A stretch of DNA of 64,000 nt from Cyanophora paradoxa CCMP329 (lineage: Eukaryota; Plantae; Glaucophyta). The number at the start of each line of letters is the position of its first letter. Within the stretch, counting starts at the first letter, position 1. Location: the NCBI GenBank assembly GCA_004431415.1, contig QPMI01000544.1:62001-126000 (forward strand), in the 5' to 3' direction. Made by a program: the position numbers and the translations under genes. Positions 1-12,100 of this stretch are shown in pieces. Below the pieces are notes generated by a model. It was given only the letters and a program-made list of their open reading frames with translations. It did not search any database and was not told the DNA's origin.

Positions 1-656
1 GAGGGGGAGGGGCAGGAGCGCGGCCGGGGCGGACCGGCTGCGGGCCCTCTGGCCCAGTGGGCGCGTACGCGTACGCCGGTAGCGGCGTCGGATTTCGTTT
101 TCCTCTTTCGAGACGTCGTTTCCTCGGATAGGGCCCCTCTCGTTCACAGGCTAGGTGCTGGCCCGCAGCGGGGCCCCCGAGCGAGGGCTCGGTTCCTGTG
201 CGCCTTCATTGAATGTCTCAATAATGCATGACGTCGACACGAGATGCGCAGACACGGCCCCTTTCATTTGCGACACTGTAGCCGTTATGATTTGCATGAA
301 GCTGTACAATTTCTTTGTTTCGGATGTATGATATTCGCGCGCGCCTGCTCATCTATACTTCTACATGAATCTTCTACTAGGCTAGTCAGTCGACGTCAGG
401 GGGCCTTTTCTTCTGCTTTCAATTTCGCATGCTACGAGGTACATTTCACGGTTCTCGTGCTGCAAAAGCCTCAACTTTCGCGCCTTTTCAGGGAACCGTA
501 GTAGTACAGCATAGCAGTGATACCGTTGCCGTTGCAGCGCCAAAGCCAGTCTCCGGCCCGAGGCTCTCGAGCTCTTTTTCGCGAATGAATACCGTAGTAT
601 TAAATTTATCCGAATGCAGAGACGAGTTGCAGCCTCTCATTTTTCCGTTTCTGCAG

Positions 657-1253
657 CTAGCCCGTAGGGAGGCAGTCGTCCGCCGACTGGAAGCGGAGGC
701 CGGCATCGCGGGCCGCCTCTGCGAGTTTCTGCATGCACGCCACCTTGCGCGCGAGGCCTCCCGAGGCCTTTTTAACCCTCATCTCGCACACGCGGGCCGA
801 TGCCGCGTCCTTGAACCCGTAGGCGACCGCGACGAGGCGCCACGGGCCCCTGCCGCGGCAGAACGAGTTCTTGATCGAGCCCGTAAAGTGCTCGTGAAGG
901 CGGCGCTTCAGGTTGGTGGTGGAGCCCGTGTAGCTGACCTTGCCATTCTCCAATATGTACACGGCGGGGCTCGACCCCACGAGAACGACGAGGGGGTCCT
1001 CCGCGAGCTCGAGGGCAGAGGGGGAGCTCGCGCTCGCCGGGGCTGCGGCCGTCGGCGATGCTGCAGAGCGCGTGGCGCGCACGTGATCGAGCACGGCGCA
1101 CGCAGCTCGCTCCGTCTGCGTCGGCGTCGACGTCGACGTCGCGATCGGCGGCAGCGGCAAGCTTAAGCCGCCGGAAGCGGGCGTATGCACGGTCTCGAGT
1201 TCGAGGCTTGCTTCGAGATCCGCCCCATCGCGATCGCCTGCAGCAGGATCCAT
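657..1253 (-). CDS. Stand-alone GIY-YIG endonuclease (SLX1/UPF0213-like catalytic domain)
   Basis: AVYILEN-x-SYTGSTTNLKRRLHEH, GRGPWRLV and ARVCE give the GIY/YIG motifs and the conserved R, H and E. Probable in-frame GT..AG intron at 1116-1190. No RING domain seen. Confidence 0.85.
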   Translation of the reverse strand: MDPAAGDRDGADLEASLELETVHTPASGGLSLPLPPIATSTSTPTQTERAACAVLDHVRATRSAASPTAAAPASASSPSALELAEDPLVVLVGSSPAVYILENGKVSYTGSTTNLKRRLHEHFTGSIKNSFCRGRGPWRLVAVAYGFKDAASARVCEMRVKKASGGLARKVACMQKLAEAARDAGLRFQSADDCLPTG

Positions 1254-2439
1254 AGATACCTATTTATCTATTAATATTGCCAAGAACCAGAGACGATGAG
1301 CCCTGCCCCGGCAATTTGTTTTTATTTATGTGTCCGGCCGGCCAGGCCCTCAATGGCCCAGCCCGCCAGCTGACCCCCGGCGATATGATGGCGATATCGA
1401 TGTCGATCCTTAGGGCCTGTGCCGGTGTGATCGCGGTCTTTTAATCGAGAGCACGCCGCGCCAAGCTTAAGCCTGAATCGGTACTCGGGACGGGAATTTC
1501 GATAAGGTTCTTCGCCATACATGTCCAACCGAAATTCTAGCGGAGCACAGCAAACGATTGGCGCGAAACTGAGCACGTCTGAAGTGCAGTTTAGAGCAAT
1601 CTAGAGCAGGGAGATTTTGGGTTTCGCGCCAATGTCTCGCCGTGCAGAAGTTGGCCTCGGGGGTCGCTGCGCCCCGGCCCCCTCTTCAGCCCTCGACAGC
1701 GCAAGGCAGCTCAAGGCCCGCCCAGGCCCCCCCGCTCCCCCCAACTGCCCTTCCCGGGACTCGAACGCTGGGGCAATAAGACGCCGGCCGGGCGCGCTGC
1801 TAGCTCGGCTAGCTCGCCGCGAAACTGGCCTTTTCCTCGTCGCTTTTGTATGGCCATACATCTAGGAAAATTTCGTACCGCATCCGCACGAAACTGAGCC
1901 TTATTCTAGCATCAAGATGCATACTAGCTAGTATTAAACGCTTCAGTTTCTCGCCAATCGCTTTCCATTATTTTATCCAGCCAAATCGACCAGACAATCC
2001 TAGAGTTGACACTCGCCGTAGATATAATGCTTTCGAACTGGTATTCGCTGGATTCCGGGTTTTATAATCATGTGCGCACGTACTACGGTATACGTAGCTA
2101 CTGACTCTGAGGTCCTTTTCATTTTGAATCGATCTAATTATAAAGCAGTCACGTTGACGTAAGCGTCGACATATGCAGTTGAATCCGAATTCTATTAGTA
2201 TTAATTTCATGCGACTCGCCACGGCGTCCGACGGTCGGTGATTTGGTTTTTGGTGAATTCAATGCATATGATTACCGGCCACAGTCTCTAGACACCAGCA
2301 CTGCGGGGGCTGCCCAGGGGCACAGTGAAGTTTTAGATGCGCATAAGTGTCCGAATTCGAATATATAAATACAACACTGTAACACGGGCGTACGCGTGTG
2401 AGTCTATTAATTACAAACAATGCCCGTGTATGCGACCAG

Positions 2440-4150
2440 CTAGCTGAAGGGGGCATACGGAAGGAGAAAAATGCTGTATCCAGAAGCGCTCGGTACAATG
2501 ACGGCGCGCTCGTCCGCCGTGAAGCGCACGCCGCGGTGCACGGCGATCGAACCCTCAGCGCGAAAGGGAACACGAAAGGGCCCCGCCCGCAGCCCTCGAA
2601 AAGGCCAGACGACCTCTACCGATGCCATACTACGGCCGTGGGTCGACAGGGGGCGTTTGTAGAAAGCAAGAACAGAGCGGCTTGGGGTTGTGCACATCAC
2701 GATAGAGACGGGAATCCCGAGGACTTCGAACAGGTCGTCCCTGACAAGCGTCTCGCTTACGCTTTGCGTGAGCTCCCATGCATTCGTCTTCGGATTGAAG
2801 GGGCGCCACGAAGAGGGACCTGTTGGAAGGCCCACGATGTAAAACGAATTTTGAGAGACATCGAGATAACCCTCGCGCCCCGGGGCAGACCACGTGGAAG
2901 GCAAGTCCGCGAAGATCGGTGTGAGCGTGGCGACGCGATGCCGCACTGGCTCCCACACGAACGAGCTGGTTTGACACACGGCGAGCACGCGGCTCTCCCC
3001 GCAGGGGCCAAAAAGCGAATCGAGATGACATCGCGAAGGGTTGACCGGGGATCCCGAACCTCGGATGTGCCCGCGCACAGCGTGTAGCGAGCTGCCCACC
3101 ACCAGTAGACGTGCTTGCGACTGGCGGAATGCACGATCCACGGGCTCTCATCTTTTGGACCCTGAATGCGGGGCCAGGGCCCGGGAAAGAAAAGTTGCCC
3201 GCGACCGCGCGTCACGTTTTCGCGGTCGGGCTCGTAAATTGCAACCGAGTTCGTGTACTGTAACCAAAGGCGCCCTGAGGGGTCGCGCGCCATATCGACC
3301 AGCCAGGCGTGCGAGTTACGAAAAACGGGGGTCCATCGACCGGACTCCAAGTCCACGACGTGAATTGTTTCGCTCCCTCCGACGGCCAGGCCGACGTGGT
3401 TTTCATCGATGGCAACAATTCGCCGCACTCGCTTTTGAGGTATTATCGTGAGTGCGCTCGACGTCAGGTCCTTTGTCTCGCTAGGAGGTCCGCCCCCGGA
3501 CGGAATTACCCTGTATCGACCCTCTCGATACAAGGCGACGCGCCCATCCGGCAGCCCAAACACGATGCCAGGAGCTCCAAATGCAGGAGCCCAGCTCGGA
3601 GCCCCTTTAATGGAGGGAGCCGCGTCGCGCTCATGATCGCCGACGCCTTGCAGAAGAGAAACGATGCGGTACTCATCGGTCTCGTAGCTGTGCACAACGG
3701 CCCACTCGCCGGAGGCCGCGAGGATAAGCGAGCCGCTCTCTCCTGGGGACAAGATGGGCAAGGCGAGAATGGCGGGTCGAGGCGGTCGGAAAAGCAGCCC
3801 GAGATCGGCAGGCATAGGGGCGGCCCGCCCCGCCTTGTGAAACACGGGATAGAGGCATCGCGTCATCTCTCCCGCGTCGACCGAACCGAATCGCGTCCGG
3901 GCGGATAGCCTCTTGGAGCAGATGGAAGCGAGCACGGCTGGGTCGGCCCGCAATAGTACGGCGATTGCAGAATCGGGTGCGAAAGGAAGGTCAGCGTCCA
4001 CGTCTTCCGCAAAACCAGACACAGTTTTGCACGAGAGAGTGGATTGCGCATATGCGTGCCATACGCAAGCCCATGAGGAGCTGCAGGAGGCCGGATAAGG
4101 CATATTAGAGCTTGGAAGTGAGTGGGCATTGCAATTGCAATGGATATCCT
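2440..4150 (-). CDS. Unknown protein with beta-propeller-like blades; frameshift near 3.1-3.2 kb; 5' end uncertain
   Basis: Two long overlapping ORFs (2757-4460, 2440-3141) have globular composition and blade-like strings (IVFGLPDGRVALY, TIHVVDLESGRW, MARDPSGRLW, VRFTADERAVIV). The ORF start at 4460 lies inside a repeat and is not credible. Confidence 0.5.
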
Positions 4151-4377
4151 GCGCATGCAAACGCGAGTCGCGATCGGATTCAAGCACCGTGTCCGTATAC
4201 GTATTTGCACCCCTCATGATCAGAACGCGTCTCGAACTCCGGATCGGGGTCTTTGAGCTTGTGCTTGCAATTGCACGTGGGTCCCTTTTGGGATGTGCCA
4301 TATATGCATCCCACCCATGGCAAGGCCCCCGATTTGAAACGCGGGATCGACCGGAGCTCGCGATCGGAACGAATTCG

Positions 4378-5090
4378 GTGGACGTCGACGTAAATGGGAA
4401 ACAGCGCACTACGGTACCCTCAGGTTCAGTTGCAGGCGGTCTTCTGCTTGGCTTATACAATTAATCATGAATAAATCTAAGGAGGGAAAGGGGGAGAGGT
4501 GGGGGTGGGGGGCGCTTCAAAATTTCGGGGACACCAGAAATCTAGATCTAGAGCGGCCGTGGTCTTATATAATTAAGGAGGACTGGACGTCAATGGGAAA
4601 CGGCGTATCCCCAGGTGCCGAGCTGAGCTTGGCCAGATGGAGAGACGAGGTGGGGGGTCCTTGAGCGAAGCCTGGACGTAAATGGGAAACGCAGTACCCC
4701 CCAAGGGGGCGAGCTGAGCTTGGCCAGAGGAAGAGACGGAGGAGGGGGCCGGGGGCCTTGAGCGAAGCCTGGACGTAAATGGGAAACGCAGTACCCCCCA
4801 GGGGGGCGAGCTGAGCTTGGCCAGAGGAAGAGACGGAGGAAGGGGGACCTTGAGCGAAGCCTGGACGTAAATGGGAAACGCAGTACCCCCCAGGGGGGGG
4901 GGGCGAGCTGAGCTTGGCCGGAGGGAGAGAGGAGAGAGAGGGGAGGGGGCCTTGAGCAAAGCCTGGACGTAAATGGGAAACGCAGTACCCCCGAGGGGGC
5001 AAGCTGAGCTTGGCCGGAGGGAGAGACGGAGAGAGGGGAGGGGCGGCCTTGAGCGAAGCCTGGACGTAAATGGGAAACGCAGTACCCCCT
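4378..5090 (+). repeat. Left array of motif TGGACGTAAATGGGAAACGC, period about 89-102 bp
   Basis: Motif at about 4584, 4673, 4770, 4862, 4964 and 5061, plus a modified copy at about 4378. Confidence 0.95.
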
Positions 5091-5344
5091 TCCCCTCCCA
5101 TCCACCCTCCATGAGCCAATCCGAGCACATGATCATGATCATCAACTATTATCGCAATAATAATCAATCAAGCAGTAGGAATATTATGAGATCGCAGCGT
5201 CAGTTTAGATCTGCGGTCGATTCTAGATCGGATCCCGTCCCCCGCGCGAGCCTTCTCTCTCTAGATGCAGATGTAGATCTCAATCTAAATGGCATCGATG
5301 CCATGATAATCATATATATGCAGCTGCAGGCTGCAAGGAGAGCT

Positions 5345-5905
5345 GGGGGTACAGCGTTTCCCATTTACGTCCAGGGCTCCCCTATGGCCGGGGTGTCCCG
5401 CAGAGAGGAGAGCGGGGGGGACAGCGTTTCCCATTTACGTCCAGGGCTCCCCTATGGCCGGGGTGTCCCGCAGAGAGGAGATCTGCGGGGGGACAGCGTT
5501 TCCCATTATCGTCCAGGGCTCCCCTATGGCCGGGGTGTCCCGCAGAGAGGAGAGCGGGGGGTACAGCGTTTCCCATTATCGTCCAGGGCTCCCCTATGGC
5601 CGGGGTGTCCCGCAGAGAGGAGAGCGGGGGGGTACAGCGTTTCCCATTATCGTCCAGGGCTCCCCTTTGGCCGGGGCCCCCCGCAGAAAGGAGAGCTGGG
5701 GGGTACAGCGTTTCCCATTTACGTCCAGGGCTCCCCTATGACCGGTGTGCCCCGCAGAGAGGAGATCTGCGGGGGGACAGCGTTTCCCATTATCGTCCAG
5801 GGCCCTCGTACACATGCACATTGCCGGCCCCGGGGTCCCCGCAGATCTAGAGAGGAGATCTTTGGGGTCAGGGGTTACAGCGTTTCCCATTTACGTCCAG
5901 GGCTC
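5345..5905 (-). repeat. Right array of the same motif in inverted orientation, period mostly about 70-72 bp
   Basis: GCGTTTCCCATT(TA/AT)CGTCCAGGGC at about 5356, 5426, 5498, 5568, 5639, 5710, 5782 and 5882. Confidence 0.95.
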
Positions 5906-6297
5906 CTCTTTCGAAGCGTGCGCGTGATCATGAGACTCTGAGATCGCGGCCATCTTTGGGACTCGGAGCTGTAGACCTCGCCAATCGCGAGTCGCGTTGT
6001 GCGCGGGCCGCGGCCGGCCGCGCGCGGGTCCAAAGTCAACTGTGCTGCATTCAATCATAATTTGCATTTACGTATATATACATTTGCGGCCGTGCGGGCC
6101 TTGCCAGCACTCTAGATCTAGATCTAGATATAGATTTATCATCGTATGGCGTATGCGGGCCGGGGGCGCGGCGAGCCGGAGCGCGTGCAGCCAGCAGGGC
6201 TTGCGGCGCGCGTCGGCGAGCTCCGGCCGTGGGCCCGGGCCCGGGGCCCGGGGCTGGCCATGGGCGCGAGGCATGTGCGAGGCGTGAGAGCGGGTGC

Positions 6298-7118
6298 AGC
6301 TGCAGGCGGTCTTCTGCTTGGCTTGATCATGAATAAATCTAGAGGTGGGGGGCGGGGGGAGGGGGGAGGGGGGCGGGGGGGGGGGGGGGGGGGGGGGGGG
6401 GGAGAGGGCAGAGGTAGGGGCGGGGGGGCGCTTTCAAATTTTCGGGAGCTCCAGAAATCAAGATCTAGAGCGGCCGCGGCCTTGAGGGAGGCCTGGACGT
6501 AAATGGGAAACGCTGTAACCCCTGGCACACGAACTGAGTCTAGCCAGGGAGAAGCGGGGGGGGGGGAAGGGGGGGAGAGGGGGGCTTTCTTACAATCACC
6601 CATATGCACGGCAGCCCGGCGGCCCCCCTCTCCCCCCCCCCCCCCCCCACCCCCCATGAGCCAATCCGAGCACACTGACATGATCATGATCATCAACGAT
6701 TATCGCAATAGTAATGATCAAGCACTAGGAATATTAAAATGAGATCTAAGCGTCGACGTCGGTCTAGATCTAGATCTAGATCTAAATCTGCGGCTGTCAA
6801 GACGACACTAGCTATATAGATCAGATCCCGTCCCCCGCACGCGCCTTCTAGATCTCACTCTAGATTTAGATGTCGCTCTCAATCTAAATGGCATCGATGC
6901 CATGATCATCATATGCAGCTGCAGGCTGCAAGGAGAGCTGGCCGTGGGATACAGCGTTTCCCATTTACGTCCAGGGCTCCCCTATGGCCGGGGTGTCCCG
7001 CAGAGAGGAGAGCGGGGTATAGCGTTTCCCATTATCGTCCAGGGCTCCCCTATGGCCGGGGTCCCTCGCAGAGAGGATGGCTGTGGGGGTACAGCGTTTT
7101 CCATTTACGTCCAAGGCT
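6298..7118. repeat. Second copy of the inverted-array element (1 left motif, conserved core, 3 right motifs)
   Basis: 6298-6340 matches 4428-4480. Core 6654-6941 is homologous to 5109-5345. Motif at about 6494 (+) and about 6956, 7024, 7096 (-). Confidence 0.9.
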
Positions 7119-9160
7119 CCCCTTTCCCCTCGCTCTCTTCAGCCAACTGCAGGCCGACCGCATACCTCCCTCTCGCTCTCTCGACAGCTGGATGGGGGGT
7201 CGAGGAGGAGGCCCGAAAAGTCGAAAGATCTAGATCTAGCTAGGCGCCGTTCAACTCTCGCAGGCGACAATCCCAACACGATCATGTGGTGCGATTACGA
7301 TCGAGCTGGCAGGGCGCCCACATCGATCGAGCTAGCCTACTAGGCGCCTCCCAGCCACCGGCCCGGGGGCGGGACAGAAAGAATCCGAGGGGGGCAGATC
7401 TAGAGGCGCGCGCACTGCACGGCCGCGAGAGAGAGGAGCTCCGCCACCTCCCCGCCCGCCCGGGGTGCAGAGCTGGACCGCCGTGCGTGTCCCGGTCCGC
7501 TGGTGTGCGTCTCCTTTGCCTGCTCCTGCAGCTGAGCGAGGGAGCGACGAGGGGTCCCCGAGACCGGGGCGCCCGGGCCCGGGCGCGATGGGGGCAGGGC
7601 ATCGAGAGCTCGAGCGAGCGGTCTCGATCGCGAGAGGGCGCACCGGTACGGCCCTGCCGAAGAGGCCGCCGTCGGCCCGGACGACGACCGAGGGCTCCGA
7701 GCGGGACCGGCCGCGGCGCGCGCGCCTCCGGTCCCGAAACCGTCCCGAGCCGGTCCAGCTCGGGGCGACGTCGAGCAGGCTGGCATTGGCCACATGCATG
7801 GCTGGCGAGACGCGCGCAGTGCGCCTAGCTGTAGCCGTAGGCCAATGGCAAGCTCAAGGCTAGGCCATGCGCGCGCCCGACGCGCCGCGGCCGCTCGGGC
7901 TCCTCGTGCTCGCGATCGAGCCCCCGCCACTCGATTCTTCTCCGTCTGCAGCTGCAGCTGGATCTGCGCGCCGCGGCGCGCGTTACGTGGCGGCGGGGCC
8001 GACGGGGCGCATCGGCGCATGCGCACTAGCACTGCGGCAGCTGCGCATGCAGGCCCGGGGCAGGAGACGCCCACGTGCGCGTGGGACGAGCTCTGAGATC
8101 GACAGCGCGCCCATGGCGATCTCGATTCCACGCGTTCAAGGCCGCACGGCCAGCGCATCGCCGATCTAGATCTAGATCAAGACGGCTCGAACTCGATGCT
8201 GCATGACGGCTTCACTCGCTGCGATGCCGATGCCGATGCCGATGCAATCGAGCCGATGCATGTGCCGCTCTTCCCCGCAAGCTCGCTCGACCGCACTGGG
8301 GGCGGCCGCCCCGCGCTGTTCTCGCCGGCACGGGGCAAAGGATCCAGACTTGGAGCGTGCAGTCCGCCAGTGATCGGGCCCTAGATCTCCTTTCCGCACG
8401 ACTTAAGCGCGGGGCGCGCGGGGCCACGGGGCGGCCTCGAGCGCGAGGTGCGACTGTACCCCACTGGCCCGCCCCGCTCTCTTGGATCGGCGGCTCCGAC
8501 CCACCTCTGCGGTGCGGTACGCTCCTCTCGGATTTGGGCCCCCGTTCCGACCGGATTCGCAGACCCTGCGCCTTTCCGCAACATTCGATCCGCGAGCTAC
8601 GAGCACGCGCGATCCACCGTGGCACGCGCGCCATTTGAGAGCCGCGCTGCGAGCGCGGACGATGGCCTGCCGTCCACCGCAGCCGCCCCCGTGCGCCCCT
8701 GCCATCCGATCTGCGACCCGCGGCCATCTCGCACCTTTCTCCCTCGATGGCGTCGCCCGATCGGCCCTCCACGGTGCACGCCGGCTCTTAGAATGGGTCT
8801 GGCCGCCTCTGGAAGACGCAGCGACGCCGGGGCTCGCAGGTCGCCGAGCTGGAGACGGGAATCTCTTCTTCTTGCATCCTCGGTTCGTACGGCGCTAAGC
8901 CTCGCCGACCGCGCTCCCCGGGTCGCGCTCGCGTGCTCACCGACCCTCAGCGGTGGCGGGGCGGCGTGGGACGCTTCGTTCTCTTCGGGGCGGGCTGGGC
9001 GGGGGCGGCACCCGCGGGATCGGGCGGACGAGGCCGAGCGGGGGCCGATCCGTCGGCTCCGGCAGCTGCGGCGCGACCGCCGGCTCCATCCCTTTCTCTT
9101 CCCTCTTTCCGGCGCGCCCCGTGTCCGGCGCGCCGTCCGGCCCGGTTCCTTTGGCCGCGG

Positions 9161-12100
9161 TCACGGCCCGCGGTTCTTCCGCGGCCTCCCGCGCGCCCGC
9201 GGGGCCCCGAGCCGCCCCGTACGGCGGCCCCCGCACGCGGCGTCGGAGGAGCGGGGGCGAGGACGGCCCGCCCCCAGGCCCAGCAGGTCGGAGATGCGGG
9301 CCGGGGGCGTGCGGATGTCGACGGCGCCATTGCGGGCATCGTACCTCACCGGCGCGAGGGTGCGCACGCCCGTCCACTCGCGCGCGCTGCCCTCTGAGCT
9401 CGGCGTCCAGAGCGCCCCGAACCGGCGGAGGACGGCCCAGCGCGACTCGTACTCGCCGCTCGGGAGGCGCACCATCTGCACCAGCCGGGCGAACACGGTC
9501 CGGGCAGCGGGTCCGCCGCGTGCGTCGCCACCGCCGCCGCCACCTGCCCCGGGGGTACGGGCTCGCGCTGACCCACCTCAGGTGCCACACGGGCCGCGAC
9601 GGCGGGTCCGCGGGCTGCGCGGCGGGAGAGCGGGCGCTCCGGGCCCGGAGACGCCGCGGGGAGGCGGCCCGACGCCCCTTGGTCTCCGCCCCGCGTCCCG
9701 TCCCCGACGCCCCGCCCCCGCGGCGGGCCCTCGTGCGGCTCCCGCTGCCGTTGGGGCAGGTCTGCGCGTGCCTTCGGGCCCCCGCCGCCGTCTGAAAGGT
9801 CTGGCGTCGGTGAGACGGTGCGCGTGCGCGCGCGCGCGCTCGCTCCCCCTCGCTCGCTCGCGGAAGGGCGGGGCGGGGCGGGCTCACCCGTCGGCAGGGC
9901 TCGCAGTACCGGCCCTCTCCGATCGCGAGGTCGAGCTCCATCTGGTCTCCCGGGTCGAGGCGCCGCCGCTGCCACGGGAACCGCTTCGGCTTTCGCGGCC
10001 GCTCCTCTTCCTCCTCTTCCTCTTCCTCCTCTTCCTCTTCCTCTTCCTCCTCTTGCTCCTCCTCCTCCTCCTCCTCTTCCTCTTCCTCCTCTTCTTTGCC
10101 GCCCTCTGTCTCGCTCCGGCTCCCGCTCCGGCTCCCGCTCCCGCTCCCGCTTCCGCTCCGGCTCTCCGGCTCCCCTCCCTTTCCGGGCGGGGTACCGCCT
10201 CCCCGCGGGGACGGGCGGCGGTGCGCGGCGGGACCGACGTCGGCGTCGCGCCCGTCGACGTCTCGGGAGCGCGGGGCGAGCTCGGAGGCGGCAGAGGGCG
10301 ACCGCAAAGGGTACGGCGGTGCGGACGGGTACGGCGGTGGGACGGGTACGGCGGCGGGCGCCTCGCCGGGCCCGGCCCGCCCGGGTCCGGATCGGCGGGA
10401 GGAGGGCCGGCGGCGAGTCGCGGTCGGCGGCCCCCGTGGCCGCTCCCGCTCGGCGGCGCGGCGGCGCTCGTGCTCCTCGGCCAGGCGCTGGAGGTACGCG
10501 ACGGCGGCCGTCGCCGTGCGCTGCCGCGCGCTGGCGTCGTAGTGCGTCGTCGCCGTCTGCGGCGTGTGCGCCAGGAGGCGCGCCACGCCCTCGGTCACCG
10601 CCGCCGCCGCGTCCCCCTCGATCAGGTTCCCGCCGCCTGGTCCCGCACGTGCGTCGTGATGACCGCCCGCATCGTCTTGGCCGTCACAGGCACCCGGTGT
10701 AGCGCACCATCACCTGCGCGCGCGCGCGCGCGGGCGCGCGGGGCGCCGGCGTCAGCGTCGGCGTCGGGATTCGAGCCCCGCGGTAGGTTCGCTCCCCTCT
10801 TCCCCCCCTCCCCCCCTCCCCCTCCTCCCCCCCCTCCTTCTCCCCCCCCCCCCCCCCCCCCCCCCCCCTCTTCTCCCCGAGCGCACCTTTCTGACAAAGG
10901 CCGCCCAGCCGCTCTCGGAGAGGCAGGTGCCGAGGCTCGAGGCAAAGAGCCAGCCCTGGTCGGGCCCGCCCGGCGCAGGAGGAGGGCGCGGAACCGCTCG
11001 ATGTAGACGTCGAGCGGCCCCTGGAGGCAGTCGGCGATCGGCACGATCATCGCGCCGTGGGACCTGCGCGGCCCGGCCTCGGCGCGGGCGGAGGGGAGGG
11101 GCAGGGGGGTACGAGGGCGCGGGGGCGCGCACTTGGCCGTCTTCGAGACGAGCTCGCCGGTCTCCCCGTGGCGCATCTCGAGGAGGCTCAGGTGCCACCG
11201 CCCGCCGTCGCGGCGCAGCGTGTGACCGATGCGCAGGCGCCGCACGACGCCGACGCGGGCCGGCGTCACCGAGATGAACCCGATGAGCACGGCCTCGCGC
11301 AGCAGCCGGGCCTTGTCCAGCTCGAGCGGCGCCCGCTCGTACGCCGCGAGCGCCTCGACCCGCGCGGACAGCACCGCGTCGAACGAGACCCAGTTCGGTC
11401 CGCGCGGCCGCCACCCCGCTGCTGCTTCTTCTCCTTTTCGAGCTGCGTCTTCAGGTTCCGGAGGGGGCGCGCGTGGGGACCCTCGGAGGACCCTCCGCCC
11501 GGCCCGCCCGACGTACCCCCTCCGCCGCCGCCGCCGCCGCCGCCAGAGGTGCGGGAGCAGACAAAGGTGTAGGCCTGCATGATGCTCTGCGTGTACCCCG
11601 CGAGCGTGCCGGGCGCGAGCCTGCGCTCCTCGCGCAGGTACTGCAGGAAGCGGACGTAGATCTCGACAAAGTCGGCCCGCGCCAGCAGGTCCATGGTGAG
11701 GGGCCCGACGCGCTCGCGCTCCTTGACGTACCCCAGCAGGCGGCCGATCGTCCCCACGTCGTTGACGAGCACCGTGCTGCGCTCCGCCGCGCCCCCCTGG
11801 CGGTCGGGGTTGAGGGCCGAGGTGCGCCACGCCTGAAACGCCGCCAGCTGGTTCTTCAGCTCCCGTGACATCTCCGCCTCGCGCAGGGCGTACGGCGCCA
11901 GGCGCTCCGGCTCCGGCTCGCCCCCCGTCGGCCGCCTCTTCCTCCTCCTCCTCCCTCCCTCCTCCTTGCCCTCTCCTCCCTCGGGGTTCGAGGGGCCCTG
12001 CGTCTCGCCCTCTTCGGCCTCGGCGGACGATCCCGAGGAGCGGGAAGAGGACGAGGAGAGCGAGGACGGGGGCGGGGCGAGGGCAAGGGCCCGGCGGCGC

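Noticed and set aside
4560-5905. CRISPR-like array (conserved repeat with variable spacers)
   Set aside because: The spacers are homologous to each other, the two arrays are inverted, no cas genes are present and the DNA is eukaryotic.
7240-8930. Possible spliced gene between the array element and the YR gene
   Set aside because: Some AG/GT-bounded segments exist, but I found no consistent frame or recognisable motif.
8448-11006. 852-aa + strand ORF and similar long Arg/Pro/Gly/Ala-rich ORFs (e.g. 30767-32716, 31159-32502)
   Set aside because: These are shadow frames of GC-rich coding DNA. They have no domain motifs and are not conserved in frame between the two duplicated units.
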